Assembly: GCF_018336915.1 (NCBI RefSeq) | Contig: NZ_CP064923.1 | Span: 4,860,001 to 4,892,000 of the forward strand | Direction: 5' to 3' | DNA: 32,000 nucleotides | Origin: Acaryochloris marina S15 | GTDB taxonomy: Bacteria > Cyanobacteriota > Cyanobacteriia > Thermosynechococcales > Thermosynechococcaceae | Shown: positions 16,020 through 25,532 of the stretch, one piece after another | How the letters are laid out: every line of letters starts with the position of its first letter | Position numbering within the stretch: position 1 is the first letter of the stretch | Made by a program: the position numbers and the translations under genes | Notes under the pieces: generated by a model | What the model was told of the DNA's origin: nothing | Database searches by the model: none | The model's input: the letters and a program-made list of their open reading frames with translations, nothing else

Positions 16020-17303
16020 TTAGTCCAAATTGATATTGATGGTGCGTTGACCAATATCTTGGCGGTAGTAGCAACCCTCAAATTGAATGGACGGTATTGC
16101 CTGATAGACGGTTTTTAGAGCTTCTTCAAAGGTACTCCCTTGTCCAGTCACAGCTAATACTCGACCGCCACTAGTGACAATGGCTTGGTTTTTCAATTGG
16201 GTACCTGCGTGAAAGACTGTCACCCTTTGAGCTTCGGCCTTAGCAATACCGGAAATCGGCAAACCTTTTTGGTAACTGCCAGGATACCCCCCAGACGCCA
16301 ATACGACACAGGCTGAAAAGCCTGACTGCCACTGAATATCAATTTCAGCCAATCTCTGTTGGGTACAGGCCAGGAGTAGCTGATCTAAAGGAGTAGCGAG
16401 AAGACTTAAGACCGCTTGGGTCTCAGGATCCCCAAACCGACAGTTAAATTCGATTACTTTGGGCTCGCCTGTTGGAGTAATAATCAGGCCTGCATACACA
16501 ACCCCTCGATAATCAATGCCTTGGTGTTGGAGTGCAGTCAAAGTGGGTTGGAGAATTTCTGTCTCTACTCGCTGCATCAATTTAGGTGTCACCCAGGGCA
16601 CAGGGGCGTAGGCTCCCATGCCGCCGGTATTTGGCCCCGTATCTCCTTCTCCAATGGGCTTATGGTCTTGAGCAGGGACCAGCGGCTTAATGGTTTTGCC
16701 ATCTGCCAGGGCTAAAACTGAGACTTCTTGACCCGTGAGATATTCTTCAATCAGCACCGTCTGGCCCGCTTCACCAAATTTGCCCGAGAAAGCTTCATTC
16801 ACTGCGTTGAAAGCTTCATCCAGGGTGAGGGCAACGGTCACTCCTTTGCCTGCGGCCAGACCATCGGCCTTAATCACAATCGGAGCACCCTCCGCCTGAA
16901 TATAGGCCTGGGCTGCGTCAGCATCGGTAAAGGTTTGAGCTTTGGCCGTAGGGATTCCAGCCTCGGTCATTAAAGTTTTGGCCCAGGTTTTGCTGGCTTC
17001 GAGTTGGGCACCGGCTTGGGTGGGACCAAAAACAGGAATATTAAACAGTTGCAGGGCATCAGTAATCCCTGAGGCCAGTGGCGCTTCTGGCCCCACAACC
17101 ACTAGGGCAATGTCATGAGATTGGGCAAATTGACCGATAGCAGTAAAGTCTTCCTCGGAAATATCAATGTTTTGGCAGTTAGTAAGGGTAGCGGTACCGC
17201 CATTCCCGGGTAAGCAATACACCTGATGCACCGTTTGCGATCGCAACAAGGACCACGCCAACGCATGCTCGCGACCACCACTGCCAATCACTAAGATATT
17301 CAC
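16020..17303 (-). CDS. purD: Phosphoribosylamine-glycine ligase
   Basis: 427 aa. ILVIGSGGREHALAW, ATP-grasp core, EFNCRFGDPE. GTG start. Confidence 0.95.
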   Translation of the reverse strand: MNILVIGSGGREHALAWSLLRSQTVHQVYCLPGNGGTATLTNCQNIDISEEDFTAIGQFAQSHDIALVVVGPEAPLASGITDALQLFNIPVFGPTQAGAQLEASKTWAKTLMTEAGIPTAKAQTFTDADAAQAYIQAEGAPIVIKADGLAAGKGVTVALTLDEAFNAVNEAFSGKFGEAGQTVLIEEYLTGQEVSVLALADGKTIKPLVPAQDHKPIGEGDTGPNTGGMGAYAPVPWVTPKLMQRVETEILQPTLTALQHQGIDYRGVVYAGLIITPTGEPKVIEFNCRFGDPETQAVLSLLATPLDQLLLACTQQRLAEIDIQWQSGFSACVVLASGGYPGSYQKGLPISGIAKAEAQRVTVFHAGTQLKNQAIVTSGGRVLAVTGQGSTFEEALKTVYQAIPSIQFEGCYYRQDIGQRTININLD

Positions 17304-17373
17304 GGCTAACTTCTACCCAACAGAGAACATCCTATAGTCTGGGTGACGCCAGTGGCATTGGTCAACAGCCTGG

Positions 17374-18105
17374 TTAAAACTTGACTTTGAACAGGTGAAA
17401 CAGCTCTTGACTCTCTGCTTTAAGCACCTTGCCGCCCGCTGTTTTGATCAAGCTTGTCCAGGTCTCTAAGGGCTCAGGAAATACTTCTGCTCCGAGGTAA
17501 GTTTCTAAGATTGACCAGTTATCGGCCAATTCGCTATCGGGATCGATCACATCGAAGACCAGAACACTGCCCGGTTTCAGCACTCGCTTGATTTCTGTCA
17601 CCACGGTTTGCCAATAGTCCGGGGAAAAATAGCAGCTAAATCCAGTCGCTACCACCCCATCAAACTGATTGTCTTCGTATTGCAGGTGATGAGCCGGACC
17701 GCGTTCTACACCTTTGAACAATTTGGAGTTCAACTGCGGCCCCCGACTATTGACCGCTTCCTGGGCGACTTTACTCAGCTCTTGACCGTAGAAGTAGGCT
17801 TCCCACTCAAACCAGGGATACACCAAAAAGCTCAGTCCACAACCAATATCCAGCCAATTCTGCTTTTTCTTGGGTTTTTGGAACTGCCAAAATTCAGAGG
17901 CAATTCTGGCTTGCAGACGCCCCGCATTCCAGTCTTGAAATACAGGCATTGCTTCTACTTCTGGCGGTAGCTCAAAGGCCGCTTGCTCATATTCGCGGTT
18001 AAACCGCTGGGTCACTGCTTGTATCTGCTCCTGCCATTGATCATCAGGATTGGCTAACTCGGGCAAACTGGTGTACAAATTCGTTTGCTGCTGCTTTTTA
18101 GCCAT
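17374..18105 (-). CDS. Class I SAM-dependent methyltransferase
   Basis: 243 aa. Motif I WLDIGCGLS, a later acidic loop, and VLKPGSVLVFDV (post-II/III). Confidence 0.75.
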   Translation of the reverse strand: MAKKQQQTNLYTSLPELANPDDQWQEQIQAVTQRFNREYEQAAFELPPEVEAMPVFQDWNAGRLQARIASEFWQFQKPKKKQNWLDIGCGLSFLVYPWFEWEAYFYGQELSKVAQEAVNSRGPQLNSKLFKGVERGPAHHLQYEDNQFDGVVATGFSCYFSPDYWQTVVTEIKRVLKPGSVLVFDVIDPDSELADNWSILETYLGAEVFPEPLETWTSLIKTAGGKVLKAESQELFHLFKVKF

Positions 18106-18156
18106 AGTGTGACTCAGGATATAAGGTGAGCATCTGATTTGTGACGAAAAGAGGGA

Positions 18157-18336
18157 TTAGCCTTTAAGCGCCTTGGTAAAATTTTGCCGATAGGACTTGT
18201 TCGCCAACATCACGGGCCAGAGAAGGGTGAGAATTAGACGGTTAGAAGTAAAATTCGTCTGTCTAAATCCGGACCAAAATCGCCAGCCGCCACCGGTATA
18301 GATAACGATTAACAATAGCCAGACAAAAAAGGGCAT
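18157..18336 (-). CDS. Small hydrophobic protein (59 aa), below the ORF-track cutoff
   Basis: My translation is MPFFVWLLLIVIYTGGGWRFWSGFRQTNFTSNRLILTLLWPVMLANKSYRQNFTKALKG. It has an ATG start and TAA stop, is co-directional with the methyltransferase gene, and lies 52 nt upstream of it. Confidence 0.4.
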   Translation of the reverse strand: MPFFVWLLLIVIYTGGGWRFWSGFRQTNFTSNRLILTLLWPVMLANKSYRQNFTKALKG

Positions 18337-18568
18337 AAACGATGTCCTCCTGATCGAACATTCGACGATGATAATGCATCAATTTTAGTTCACAGATTCA
18401 GTAATTGTTTGCATCTGCACAGTTCTGTAATGCCGTGTTGGTTTACGCTGAAGCTACAGATCGGTTCTGCCAGTTGAGATTGGGGTCTGGTTCTGTCTCT
18501 AGAAAAGCAATTCAGACTGTATCAGCGACAGAATGTCATGATAGAACTTACAGTCAAGGGAATGAACA

Positions 18569-19093
18569 ATGCCCCAGTCTTCCCAGGATCCAGATGCAGT
18601 ATCTGTCGAGACTGAAGTCATTACGGATGACGACTATCAACAGACCCTTGAACAGCAAAAGCATCTGGCTGCACAGGATCAAAAAGCGAGAGCACAAGCT
18701 CGGCAAATTCTGCAGCGCTATGACCAGGGCTTTACCCCAAATTTAATTCAAGATATTCGCCTGTCCGCTTTTGATTCCCTGACGGCGAGTCGAGCCATTA
18801 TGCAGTTGTTACGACTCAGTTTGGCTGCAGATGAGTATGGTGCTGTGGGAGAACCCCGGCTGACTTATACGCGGGGACGCAATGTTGCGATCGCACAGCA
18901 ATGCGGCCATATCCTCTACCAACTAGGTGGCCTCCGGCTAATGGAAAGAGTCGTGACTCGTTTGATTCCACCCTTTGATCAGGAAAACTTACATCAAGCT
19001 TGGCAAGGCATTGGAGCTGGGCCTGCTGAAATCCTTAAAGCAACAGCAGCCAAGAAGCTTCCCTCAACTGGATTCACAAATCCTAAGCAGTAG
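18569..19093 (+). CDS. Hypothetical protein (acidic N-terminus, helical core)
   Basis: 174 aa with an ATG start. It is the longest ORF in an otherwise empty interval. I recognised no motif. Confidence 0.55.
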   Translation: MPQSSQDPDAVSVETEVITDDDYQQTLEQQKHLAAQDQKARAQARQILQRYDQGFTPNLIQDIRLSAFDSLTASRAIMQLLRLSLAADEYGAVGEPRLTYTRGRNVAIAQQCGHILYQLGGLRLMERVVTRLIPPFDQENLHQAWQGIGAGPAEILKATAAKKLPSTGFTNPKQ

Positions 19094-19145
19094 TATCACA
19101 AGCTCTCTTGAGATCTACATATGGGTCAATAGCCTCCTTCTAACT

Positions 19146-20036
19146 CTATGGAGCAGGTGCTACCGTTGACTCATAGATAGGGGCTGGTTTTTCCCTAATG
19201 CGTTGGGCAATGGGTTGAACGCGTTTAACTACCTTGATCAAGTATTCATAATCAGGCGGCTGGGCATTGGAGATGTAACCCACCGAACGTTTTGTTTTGG
19301 GCGCAGCAGATTCTAAGGCATCCAATAGCTGAGTCTGTAAGACATTATCAACATCTGGCCCAATGAGTACTGCTCCTGAAGGCACCAAATGGGAGTCCCG
19401 ATGCAAAATCCGAAAGTCTGCATCCTTGAAATCGGCACGATATTGCCCTAATTCTGCCAAAGACAAAGCACCTGCAGCCACTTCCCCCTGATTGATCCAC
19501 TTCAATACCTCTTTAGGGGTGGAGCCAAATTTGATCTCGGCGAGGGTCAAACCATACAAATTAAAGACCGGAAAATAGTAGCCAGCCGCAGATCCTCTCT
19601 GACCTAAGGCAACAGTTGTGTTACTGAGATCTTTAATAGCCATAGCAGGGTGATCATCACGAACAACGATGACCGATCGTTCTTGATCTCCACCTTCACG
19701 AGGCAAGAGTGGAACATACTGAGCCTGAGAAATAGCGATTGCGGCCAACCCAGGAGGCGCAAAAACTAAATCCCAATTTTGCCGTTCAATCTGATCGATA
19801 GCCTGAATTTCATTGAGAGCAGGCTCTAATTCAATTAGGCTTTTTAATTCCGCCCCTAAATGCTCTTTTAATGCGGCATATTGCTCTAATGAGCGGGCCC
19901 CTTCACCATAACTAACCACACCGACCACTAATTTCTTCAAGGTTGTATTTTCAGTAGAGTCACAGGCTACCAACAACCACAAAATAGGTAATAAGAAAAC
20001 CAAAAAAAAACGGCGTGAATGCATCTTCAAGATCAT
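19146..20036 (-). CDS. PhnD-like (phosphate/phosphonate-type) periplasmic substrate-binding lipoprotein
   Basis: 296 aa. Signal peptide with lipobox LLVAC. A type-2 SBP pattern (VVGVVSYG.., DLVFAPPG, GSAAGYYFP) is reminiscent of PhnD. No permease or ATPase gene is adjacent. Confidence 0.65.
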   Translation of the reverse strand: MILKMHSRRFFLVFLLPILWLLVACDSTENTTLKKLVVGVVSYGEGARSLEQYAALKEHLGAELKSLIELEPALNEIQAIDQIERQNWDLVFAPPGLAAIAISQAQYVPLLPREGGDQERSVIVVRDDHPAMAIKDLSNTTVALGQRGSAAGYYFPVFNLYGLTLAEIKFGSTPKEVLKWINQGEVAAGALSLAELGQYRADFKDADFRILHRDSHLVPSGAVLIGPDVDNVLQTQLLDALESAAPKTKRSVGYISNAQPPDYEYLIKVVKRVQPIAQRIREKPAPIYESTVAPAP

Positions 20037-20263
20037 AAAAAAACTTCATCTAACTTATCTATGCTTGATCTTGTCGCGGTTCGTCTAGCTAGGCTAAGCT
20101 TGGAAATAGCTATAAGCTAGCAAAATCAATTGTTTCGAAGTATCACAATGACTAGAAGCGCAGAGGATAATATCCCAGGATAGACCACATTCTACAGTGA
20201 CATCAATAGAGAGTTGATCGTAGTAATAATTCTCCGTTTGAAAATAATTGTTTTACCTTTACA

Positions 20264-20289
20264 TGACTTAAAGGTCTGGTATTAAGTCA
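20264..20289. promoter_or_regulatory. Inverted repeat TGACTTAA-N10-TTAAGTCA in the divergent intergenic region
   Basis: 8-bp perfect arms, ending 54 nt upstream of the ATG at 20343. Candidate operator; no known consensus assigned. Confidence 0.25.
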
Positions 20290-20342
20290 CTCAGTCTTGA
20301 AGAATAATACTCACCATGAACAATAGCTAAGGAATCCTGCCA

Positions 20343-21263
20343 ATGTTCCAAAATCTCAAGTTGGGCGTCAAGCTAAACCTCATTTTGCTGTCGGTTTTCT
20401 TAATTATTGTTCTGATTAATGGTTTGCTTTTATCTAATATCCTGCAGAAGAATGCGGAGCAAGAAGTCAAGGATAAAGCCCTAGTCCTAATTGAGACCAT
20501 GACTTCTGTGCGCGAATATACCAGTAAGCAAGTAAACCAAGGGACAATCAAAAAGCTATCTCCTGAATTAGAGATTGATGGTCAGTTTGTCAAGACAAGC
20601 GTGCCTGGCTATTCCGCTCGGGAAGTCTTTAGTAACCTACAAAAACGTGAGCAGTACAGTGACTTCTTCTATAAAGAAGCAACCCTAAACCCTACTTATC
20701 CTCGCGATAAAGCCGATAGATTCGAAACTGAAGTCGTTGAAAAATTCCGCAGTCAACCAGATTTGCAAGAGCAAGTCGGTTTTCGCAAAATTTCAGCTGG
20801 AGACCTATTTTATATTGCACGACCTTTGCAGATTAAAAGTGAAAGTTGTTTAGTCTGCCACAGTACCCCTGAAAAAGCCCCCGCTAGCCAAATTAAAACC
20901 TACGGAGATACCGGTGGTTTTGGTTGGGAACTCAATGAGATTATTGGCGCTCAAATGATTTCCGTACCGGCCAGCAAGGTATTTGCAGAAGCTCGACGAT
21001 TGCAATTGCTTGTAATCGGCATCCTAGCAGCAGGCTTTATCGTTGCAGCCGTTATTCTCAACCTGTTCTTGAAATTCTCAATTATTACGCCCTTGACCAA
21101 AATGTCCAAGTGGTCACGAGATGTCAGCACAGGGGCGTCAGATACTGATTTTGAACATAAGCCTAATGATGAAATCGGGGTACTTGCAGCTTCTGTGAAC
21201 CGCTTGAAAGTCAGCTTGGAAATGGCAATGAATATGCTCAAGCAGAACCCTGACAATCCTTAA
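20343..21263 (+). CDS. Membrane-anchored c-type-heme DUF3365 (Tll0287-like) sensor domain plus HAMP, no output domain
   Basis: 306 aa. N-terminal TM, periplasmic domain with the heme-c motif CLVCH, second TM, then a HAMP-like ITPLTKM..DEIGVLAASVNRL. The protein ends about 25 aa later. Confidence 0.75.
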   Translation: MFQNLKLGVKLNLILLSVFLIIVLINGLLLSNILQKNAEQEVKDKALVLIETMTSVREYTSKQVNQGTIKKLSPELEIDGQFVKTSVPGYSAREVFSNLQKREQYSDFFYKEATLNPTYPRDKADRFETEVVEKFRSQPDLQEQVGFRKISAGDLFYIARPLQIKSESCLVCHSTPEKAPASQIKTYGDTGGFGWELNEIIGAQMISVPASKVFAEARRLQLLVIGILAAGFIVAAVILNLFLKFSIITPLTKMSKWSRDVSTGASDTDFEHKPNDEIGVLAASVNRLKVSLEMAMNMLKQNPDNP

Positions 21264-21345
21264 GTTATCCCAATAGGAGTAACAAGAAGATAGCTAAAAG
21301 TGAGTATGAGTTAAAGCAATGTCAGTCAGCTTCTCCCTCTTGAAC

Positions 21346-24081
21346 TTAGAAAAAGTCTTTAGCTTTCTGAACTACAAGAGTTAGAGCAAAAATGGCAAAT
21401 ATAAAGATGCCAAAGATACCTAAATGTTGATTGACATTGACTTTGAACGCATTGCTGAATTGCTCATTAATGCCGTTGATTAAGCCTTCAGCATTACCGA
21501 GCGCTTTGTTTCGCTTCGAGCTCCAGTCTCTAAAAGCGGTTTGGTATTCTTCTAAATCTTTTTCAAATTTGTCAAAAGCGTCTGGAGATTGGGCCGCCGC
21601 CCCAGTCGGTTGCTTAGGCTTTACGGGTTCTGGCTCGTCTACGCTTTTATCATATTCTGCCAAGATGCCAGGAAAATTGCATGTCTTAAAGACGCTTTTT
21701 CCCATACAATCACAACTCTTTTTTCGTTCTTCTTCAATAGCATCGACTTCTTTGACCTTTCCTGATGTAACATCCTGCCAGCAGAGATCTTCGGCTACAT
21801 CAACGCCGACTTTCGAAAGGGTAGAAAGCGCTTCAAATGGCCACTTGGTCAGAGACAATTGGTTCAAAACCTTACCCGGAGGGCCAAAGGTATCTATCGG
21901 CAAGACTCCACCCCCAAAAATAATTTGAGGAATAAGAAAAACCAATACTAAAATCGGTGCCACACTTTGATTTGGAGCCGCTGCTGATCCCAATAGTCCC
22001 AACAACATCCCGGCTATAACAGAAAGGGTAATCGTGAAATACATTCCTACTAGAATGCCAGGTTCACTCGGCAAATCTGGGATAGCAATCACTTTAAAGA
22101 GTAGGAAGACACCCCCTTGATACAGCGCCAGCAGCACGCTGACCCATACCTTTGAGAAAACATAAGGAATGATTTGTAAGCCGATGATTCGTTCACGACT
22201 ATAAATATCAACTTCTTTGACAATTTCACGCATGGTTGGAAGTGCACCCACCATAACGGAGAACAAAATTGTCGTGAATAACATCGTCAACGCTAAGTTG
22301 GCACTCCCATCTTCCCTACCAAAGAGCGGTTGACTCCAGGTCACGAGATCCAGCATCCCCAGGATAGGGGCAACAGCTAGCATTAACATCAAACTGACGC
22401 GATCGCGCATCAGTATCGCGATATTCCGCTTCGATAAAATCAGGAATTGTTTCCAACTCGAAATAGTTTTGACCTGAGCGCCGGGTAATTGCTGCTTCAG
22501 GCGTTTCGCACCTCTTTGAGTTCCAGATGCCCCCAAGGATTGTTGGCGTTGCGCCACATATTTCTGATACAGGGGCGATTGCTGATACCGCTGTTGCCAT
22601 TCCTGGGGGGATAATTCATGTTCAACCTTGCTGTAAATTTGGTTGAATTTTTCTACGCCAAAATAGCCGGGTGCTTCTTTAGGTGGGCCATAGTAGGCTA
22701 AATAACCACCCCGGGCCATAAACACCACCTGATCACACATGGTCACATTGTCGGTGGCATGGGTAATCAGCAAAATGGTGCGGCCTTGATCCGCTAACTC
22801 TCGCAATAGCTGCATAAGCTCAGCTTCTGTACCGGGATCAAGGCCCGACGTTGCTTCATCTAAATAAAACAAGCTGGGCTTCGTCAGGAGTTCTACCCCA
22901 ATGGACACCCGCTTAATTTGACCACCACTCAAAGACTTAATGGGAACAGAACGTCGATGTTCCAGCCCTAAGTCTTTAAGGACTTCACTCACCCGCATTT
23001 TACGTTCTGCTCGGGTTGTATCATTGGGCATTCTCAGTTGAGCCGCAAAATCTAAGGCTTGTTCAACCGTTAACTCCATATGGACAATGTCCCGCTGGGG
23101 AACATAGCCAATTTGATTGCGATAGGCATTGAAATTACGGTATAAATCCGTACCGTTGACTAAGACATTCCCACTAGTCGCTGGACGAAATCCGTTCAGG
23201 GCGTCCAGTAGGGTAGATTTCCCCCCACCACTGACTCCCGCAATCACGACAAATTCCCGAGCCTGAATCGACAAGGAGATATCTTGCAGCAGGTTGAGGT
23301 CCTTATTGATTTGCTTATTCAAGCCAATAGCATCAATCCGCAGATTACCTTCTTCATTGCTATGCAAAAGGGTCTCATTCAGGTTAAAGACCAGATTGGT
23401 CGGACCCACACGAATCGAATCCCCTACTCGGAGAGGATGATGTCCCGCAATTTGCTTGCCATTTAAGAAAGTGCCATTTGTAGAGTTGAGATCGAGAACA
23501 ATATAAGAACCGTCTTGCTTTTTGATTTGGGCATGGAACCGGGAGACAGACGGGTGGTTGATCTCCATGTCATTGAGGGGATCACGCCCCAAGGTGAAGG
23601 TATCACGTCCTTTTAAGTCTAAATGTCGAGATTGGGTGGGAGGAGCTCCCACACCAGCCTCTGGAACGCCTGAAATAGTCGTTTTTTGAGCTGAAACCGG
23701 GACAGGAGACTGGGCGGGAATAGGAACGGGTGCTGCAATCGCCAAAATTATTTCATATTTACCGATGCGTACTTGATCGCCTGCAACCAGTGATCGGGGC
23801 GTGTGAGGGGCTAACTGAATGCCATTGACGTAGGTACCATCCGAGCTATTGAGATCTGTGACAGCATAAGCATTACCAGAATATTTGAATTGGGCATGAT
23901 GCCTAGAGACTGACAAATCATCACTTAAAACGAGCTGATTATCTGGGGAGCGACCTAAGTTGACTTCAGTTTGGGTCAGTGGAAATTCTCTAATGAGAGC
24001 TTGGTCTTTGCGGATAGCAAGTTTGGCAGCAGGATTAGGCATCGTCAGATTCGAGACAGCATAAACGGAATTGGCTGGCAA
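21346..24081 (-). CDS. ABC transporter (ABCG/ABC-2 half-transporter) with two N-terminal FHA domains
   Basis: 911 aa. Two FHA cores (LGRSPDN..SRHHAQ..TDLNSSDGTYVNG; LGRDPLND..SRFHAQ..LDLNSTNGTFLNG). Walker A GVSGGGKST, signature LSGGQIKR, Walker B LFYLDEATSGLD. Six TMs with a ~150-aa loop before the last TM. The track start is TTG; the ATG at 24042 is an alternative. Confidence 0.9.
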   Translation of the reverse strand: MPANSVYAVSNLTMPNPAAKLAIRKDQALIREFPLTQTEVNLGRSPDNQLVLSDDLSVSRHHAQFKYSGNAYAVTDLNSSDGTYVNGIQLAPHTPRSLVAGDQVRIGKYEIILAIAAPVPIPAQSPVPVSAQKTTISGVPEAGVGAPPTQSRHLDLKGRDTFTLGRDPLNDMEINHPSVSRFHAQIKKQDGSYIVLDLNSTNGTFLNGKQIAGHHPLRVGDSIRVGPTNLVFNLNETLLHSNEEGNLRIDAIGLNKQINKDLNLLQDISLSIQAREFVVIAGVSGGGKSTLLDALNGFRPATSGNVLVNGTDLYRNFNAYRNQIGYVPQRDIVHMELTVEQALDFAAQLRMPNDTTRAERKMRVSEVLKDLGLEHRRSVPIKSLSGGQIKRVSIGVELLTKPSLFYLDEATSGLDPGTEAELMQLLRELADQGRTILLITHATDNVTMCDQVVFMARGGYLAYYGPPKEAPGYFGVEKFNQIYSKVEHELSPQEWQQRYQQSPLYQKYVAQRQQSLGASGTQRGAKRLKQQLPGAQVKTISSWKQFLILSKRNIAILMRDRVSLMLMLAVAPILGMLDLVTWSQPLFGREDGSANLALTMLFTTILFSVMVGALPTMREIVKEVDIYSRERIIGLQIIPYVFSKVWVSVLLALYQGGVFLLFKVIAIPDLPSEPGILVGMYFTITLSVIAGMLLGLLGSAAAPNQSVAPILVLVFLIPQIIFGGGVLPIDTFGPPGKVLNQLSLTKWPFEALSTLSKVGVDVAEDLCWQDVTSGKVKEVDAIEEERKKSCDCMGKSVFKTCNFPGILAEYDKSVDEPEPVKPKQPTGAAAQSPDAFDKFEKDLEEYQTAFRDWSSKRNKALGNAEGLINGINEQFSNAFKVNVNQHLGIFGIFIFAIFALTLVVQKAKDFF

Positions 24082-24206
24082 TGGGTCGATTATGAACGAG
24101 GGAACTAGGGCTTCGTATTAGGATCCCATTCGATCACATTCGAACATTGATCAATATTAATCCCATTAAAGTTCGAATCCTTCAAGATAAAGTTATTCCG
24201 CAACAC

Positions 24207-25532
24207 TTAGGAGCGTAATCGTTGCCGAAATTCTGTGGCTTGCTCTGCAATCGGAATTTGCTGCGAAAGCAGTTTGACTAACTCTTGTTCCGTCACATCC
24301 GGATACTGGGTCAGTGTGCGCTGATAAACAATAGCTGAGATGGGGCCAATAAACTCTGCTAGAAGATTTTGACACTTTTGCCCAAATTCTGGCCGAACGG
24401 CAGATTTTGAATTAGGGACAATGGGCACGGTGGCCGATTCCGGTGCTGTCGATGCAGGACCTGTTGCCGGAGGAGAAGGAGCTGGCGTAATCGGCTGACT
24501 GTTTGCCTGAGCACTAGAGGAAACTGGCTGACTAGGAGGTTGAGCACTGGGAGGAATGCTGGAGCCAGATGAATGAGGATGAGCAGAATTAACCGCCTGG
24601 GTAGGTTCAACACCCAACGCTGGATTCAGCACGGAAGCAGGAATAGATTGACCGCTACTTTCCAAAACAACGAGCTGCTGCAGTAGCACTTCAGCATTTG
24701 CGGGTCGTTGGCTAGCCACTGGAGCCATCAGCCAATCTAAAAGATTGGAAAACCGAGGTGAGATATTAATGGCGGTGGAGCGCCATTCGAATTCATCCGT
24801 ACTACCGTCATAAAATTGGCTGAGTTCTTTGCCCGTCACCAAGTAGACGAAGGTTCGACCTAAAGCAAAAAAGTCAGACTGGGGAACTGCCTGCCCATGA
24901 ATTTGTTCACGGGGAGTATAAAAGGAGGAGACAACGCGTGTTCCACCTTGTTGAGTGTTGGTCACATTCGTCACTGAGCGGGCCGTACCAAAGTCAACCA
25001 AACAGATGTTGCCATTGGCTTTCAGCATAATGTTAGAGGGCTTAATGTCCCGGTGCAGCACCTGCTGTTGATGGACAACCTGAAGAATCTTCAGGACTTG
25101 TTTCAGCCATTGGACAGCCAGTTTTTCATCAATGGGATGACCCCGTTGTCGTAAATAATCTTGCAAATCTAACCCCACAATTTTTTCCATGACCAGGCAA
25201 TGGAGGGGTTCTTTCCAATTGCGAGGATAGAACGTGAAGTAAGAATTGGGCTCAACTTTAGGAATGCCAGGATGATGGAGTTGGCTCAGCAAATTAGCCT
25301 CGCGCTGAAACAACTCCACATGTTTTGGATAATTATCAGTCAGTATTTTAAGGATTTTAGAACTACTCTCTAAATCACTCACTTCGTAGGTTTTGCCAAA
25401 TCCTCCCTGCCCTCGCAGACTAAGGACTCGATAACGACCTTCTAATAACAGTTCTGAACCACAACTCGCACAGAACAGATGGTCATCTGAGCTTTGTGGA
25501 TCGGCACAACTAGGATTGATGCAGAGACTCAT
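24207..25532 (-). CDS. Ser/Thr protein kinase with N-terminal 4-Cys zinc ribbon and C-terminal ~85-aa domain
   Basis: Started at ATG (MSLCINPSC..FCASCG); the track start at 25568 is a TTG extension. GQGGFGKTY, HRDIKPSN, DFGTAR, a P/S/A-rich linker, then a conserved-looking tail. Confidence 0.9.
   Translation of the reverse strand: MSLCINPSCADPQSSDDHLFCASCGSELLLEGRYRVLSLRGQGGFGKTYEVSDLESSSKILKILTDNYPKHVELFQREANLLSQLHHPGIPKVEPNSYFTFYPRNWKEPLHCLVMEKIVGLDLQDYLRQRGHPIDEKLAVQWLKQVLKILQVVHQQQVLHRDIKPSNIMLKANGNICLVDFGTARSVTNVTNTQQGGTRVVSSFYTPREQIHGQAVPQSDFFALGRTFVYLVTGKELSQFYDGSTDEFEWRSTAINISPRFSNLLDWLMAPVASQRPANAEVLLQQLVVLESSGQSIPASVLNPALGVEPTQAVNSAHPHSSGSSIPPSAQPPSQPVSSSAQANSQPITPAPSPPATGPASTAPESATVPIVPNSKSAVRPEFGQKCQNLLAEFIGPISAIVYQRTLTQYPDVTEQELVKLLSQQIPIAEQATEFRQRLRS

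Noticed and set aside
15667-16074. 135-aa minus-strand ORF antisense to ssb
   Set aside because: It is the Arg/Cys-rich mirror of the Ala/Pro-rich ssb linker. Ssb is supported by its OB fold and DDIPF tail.
18361-18385. Fur-box-like AT-rich sequence GATGATAATGCATCAATT upstream of the small ORF / hypothetical gene spacer
   Set aside because: It is only a partial palindrome, a poor match to the 19-bp Fur consensus, and no iron-related gene is adjacent.
18405-18746. 113-aa plus-strand ORF overlapping the start of the 174-aa hypothetical gene
   Set aside because: It has a non-ATG start in a different frame. The longer ATG-initiated ORF 18569-19093 is the better model, although that protein is itself unassigned.
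20002-20010. A9/T9 homopolymer in the signal-peptide codons (RRFFLVF) of the PhnD-like gene, considered as a possible slipped-strand phase-variation switch
   Set aside because: The run simply encodes Phe-Phe-Leu of a hydrophobic signal peptide. There is no evidence of variation, and this mechanism is not established for such genes in cyanobacteria.
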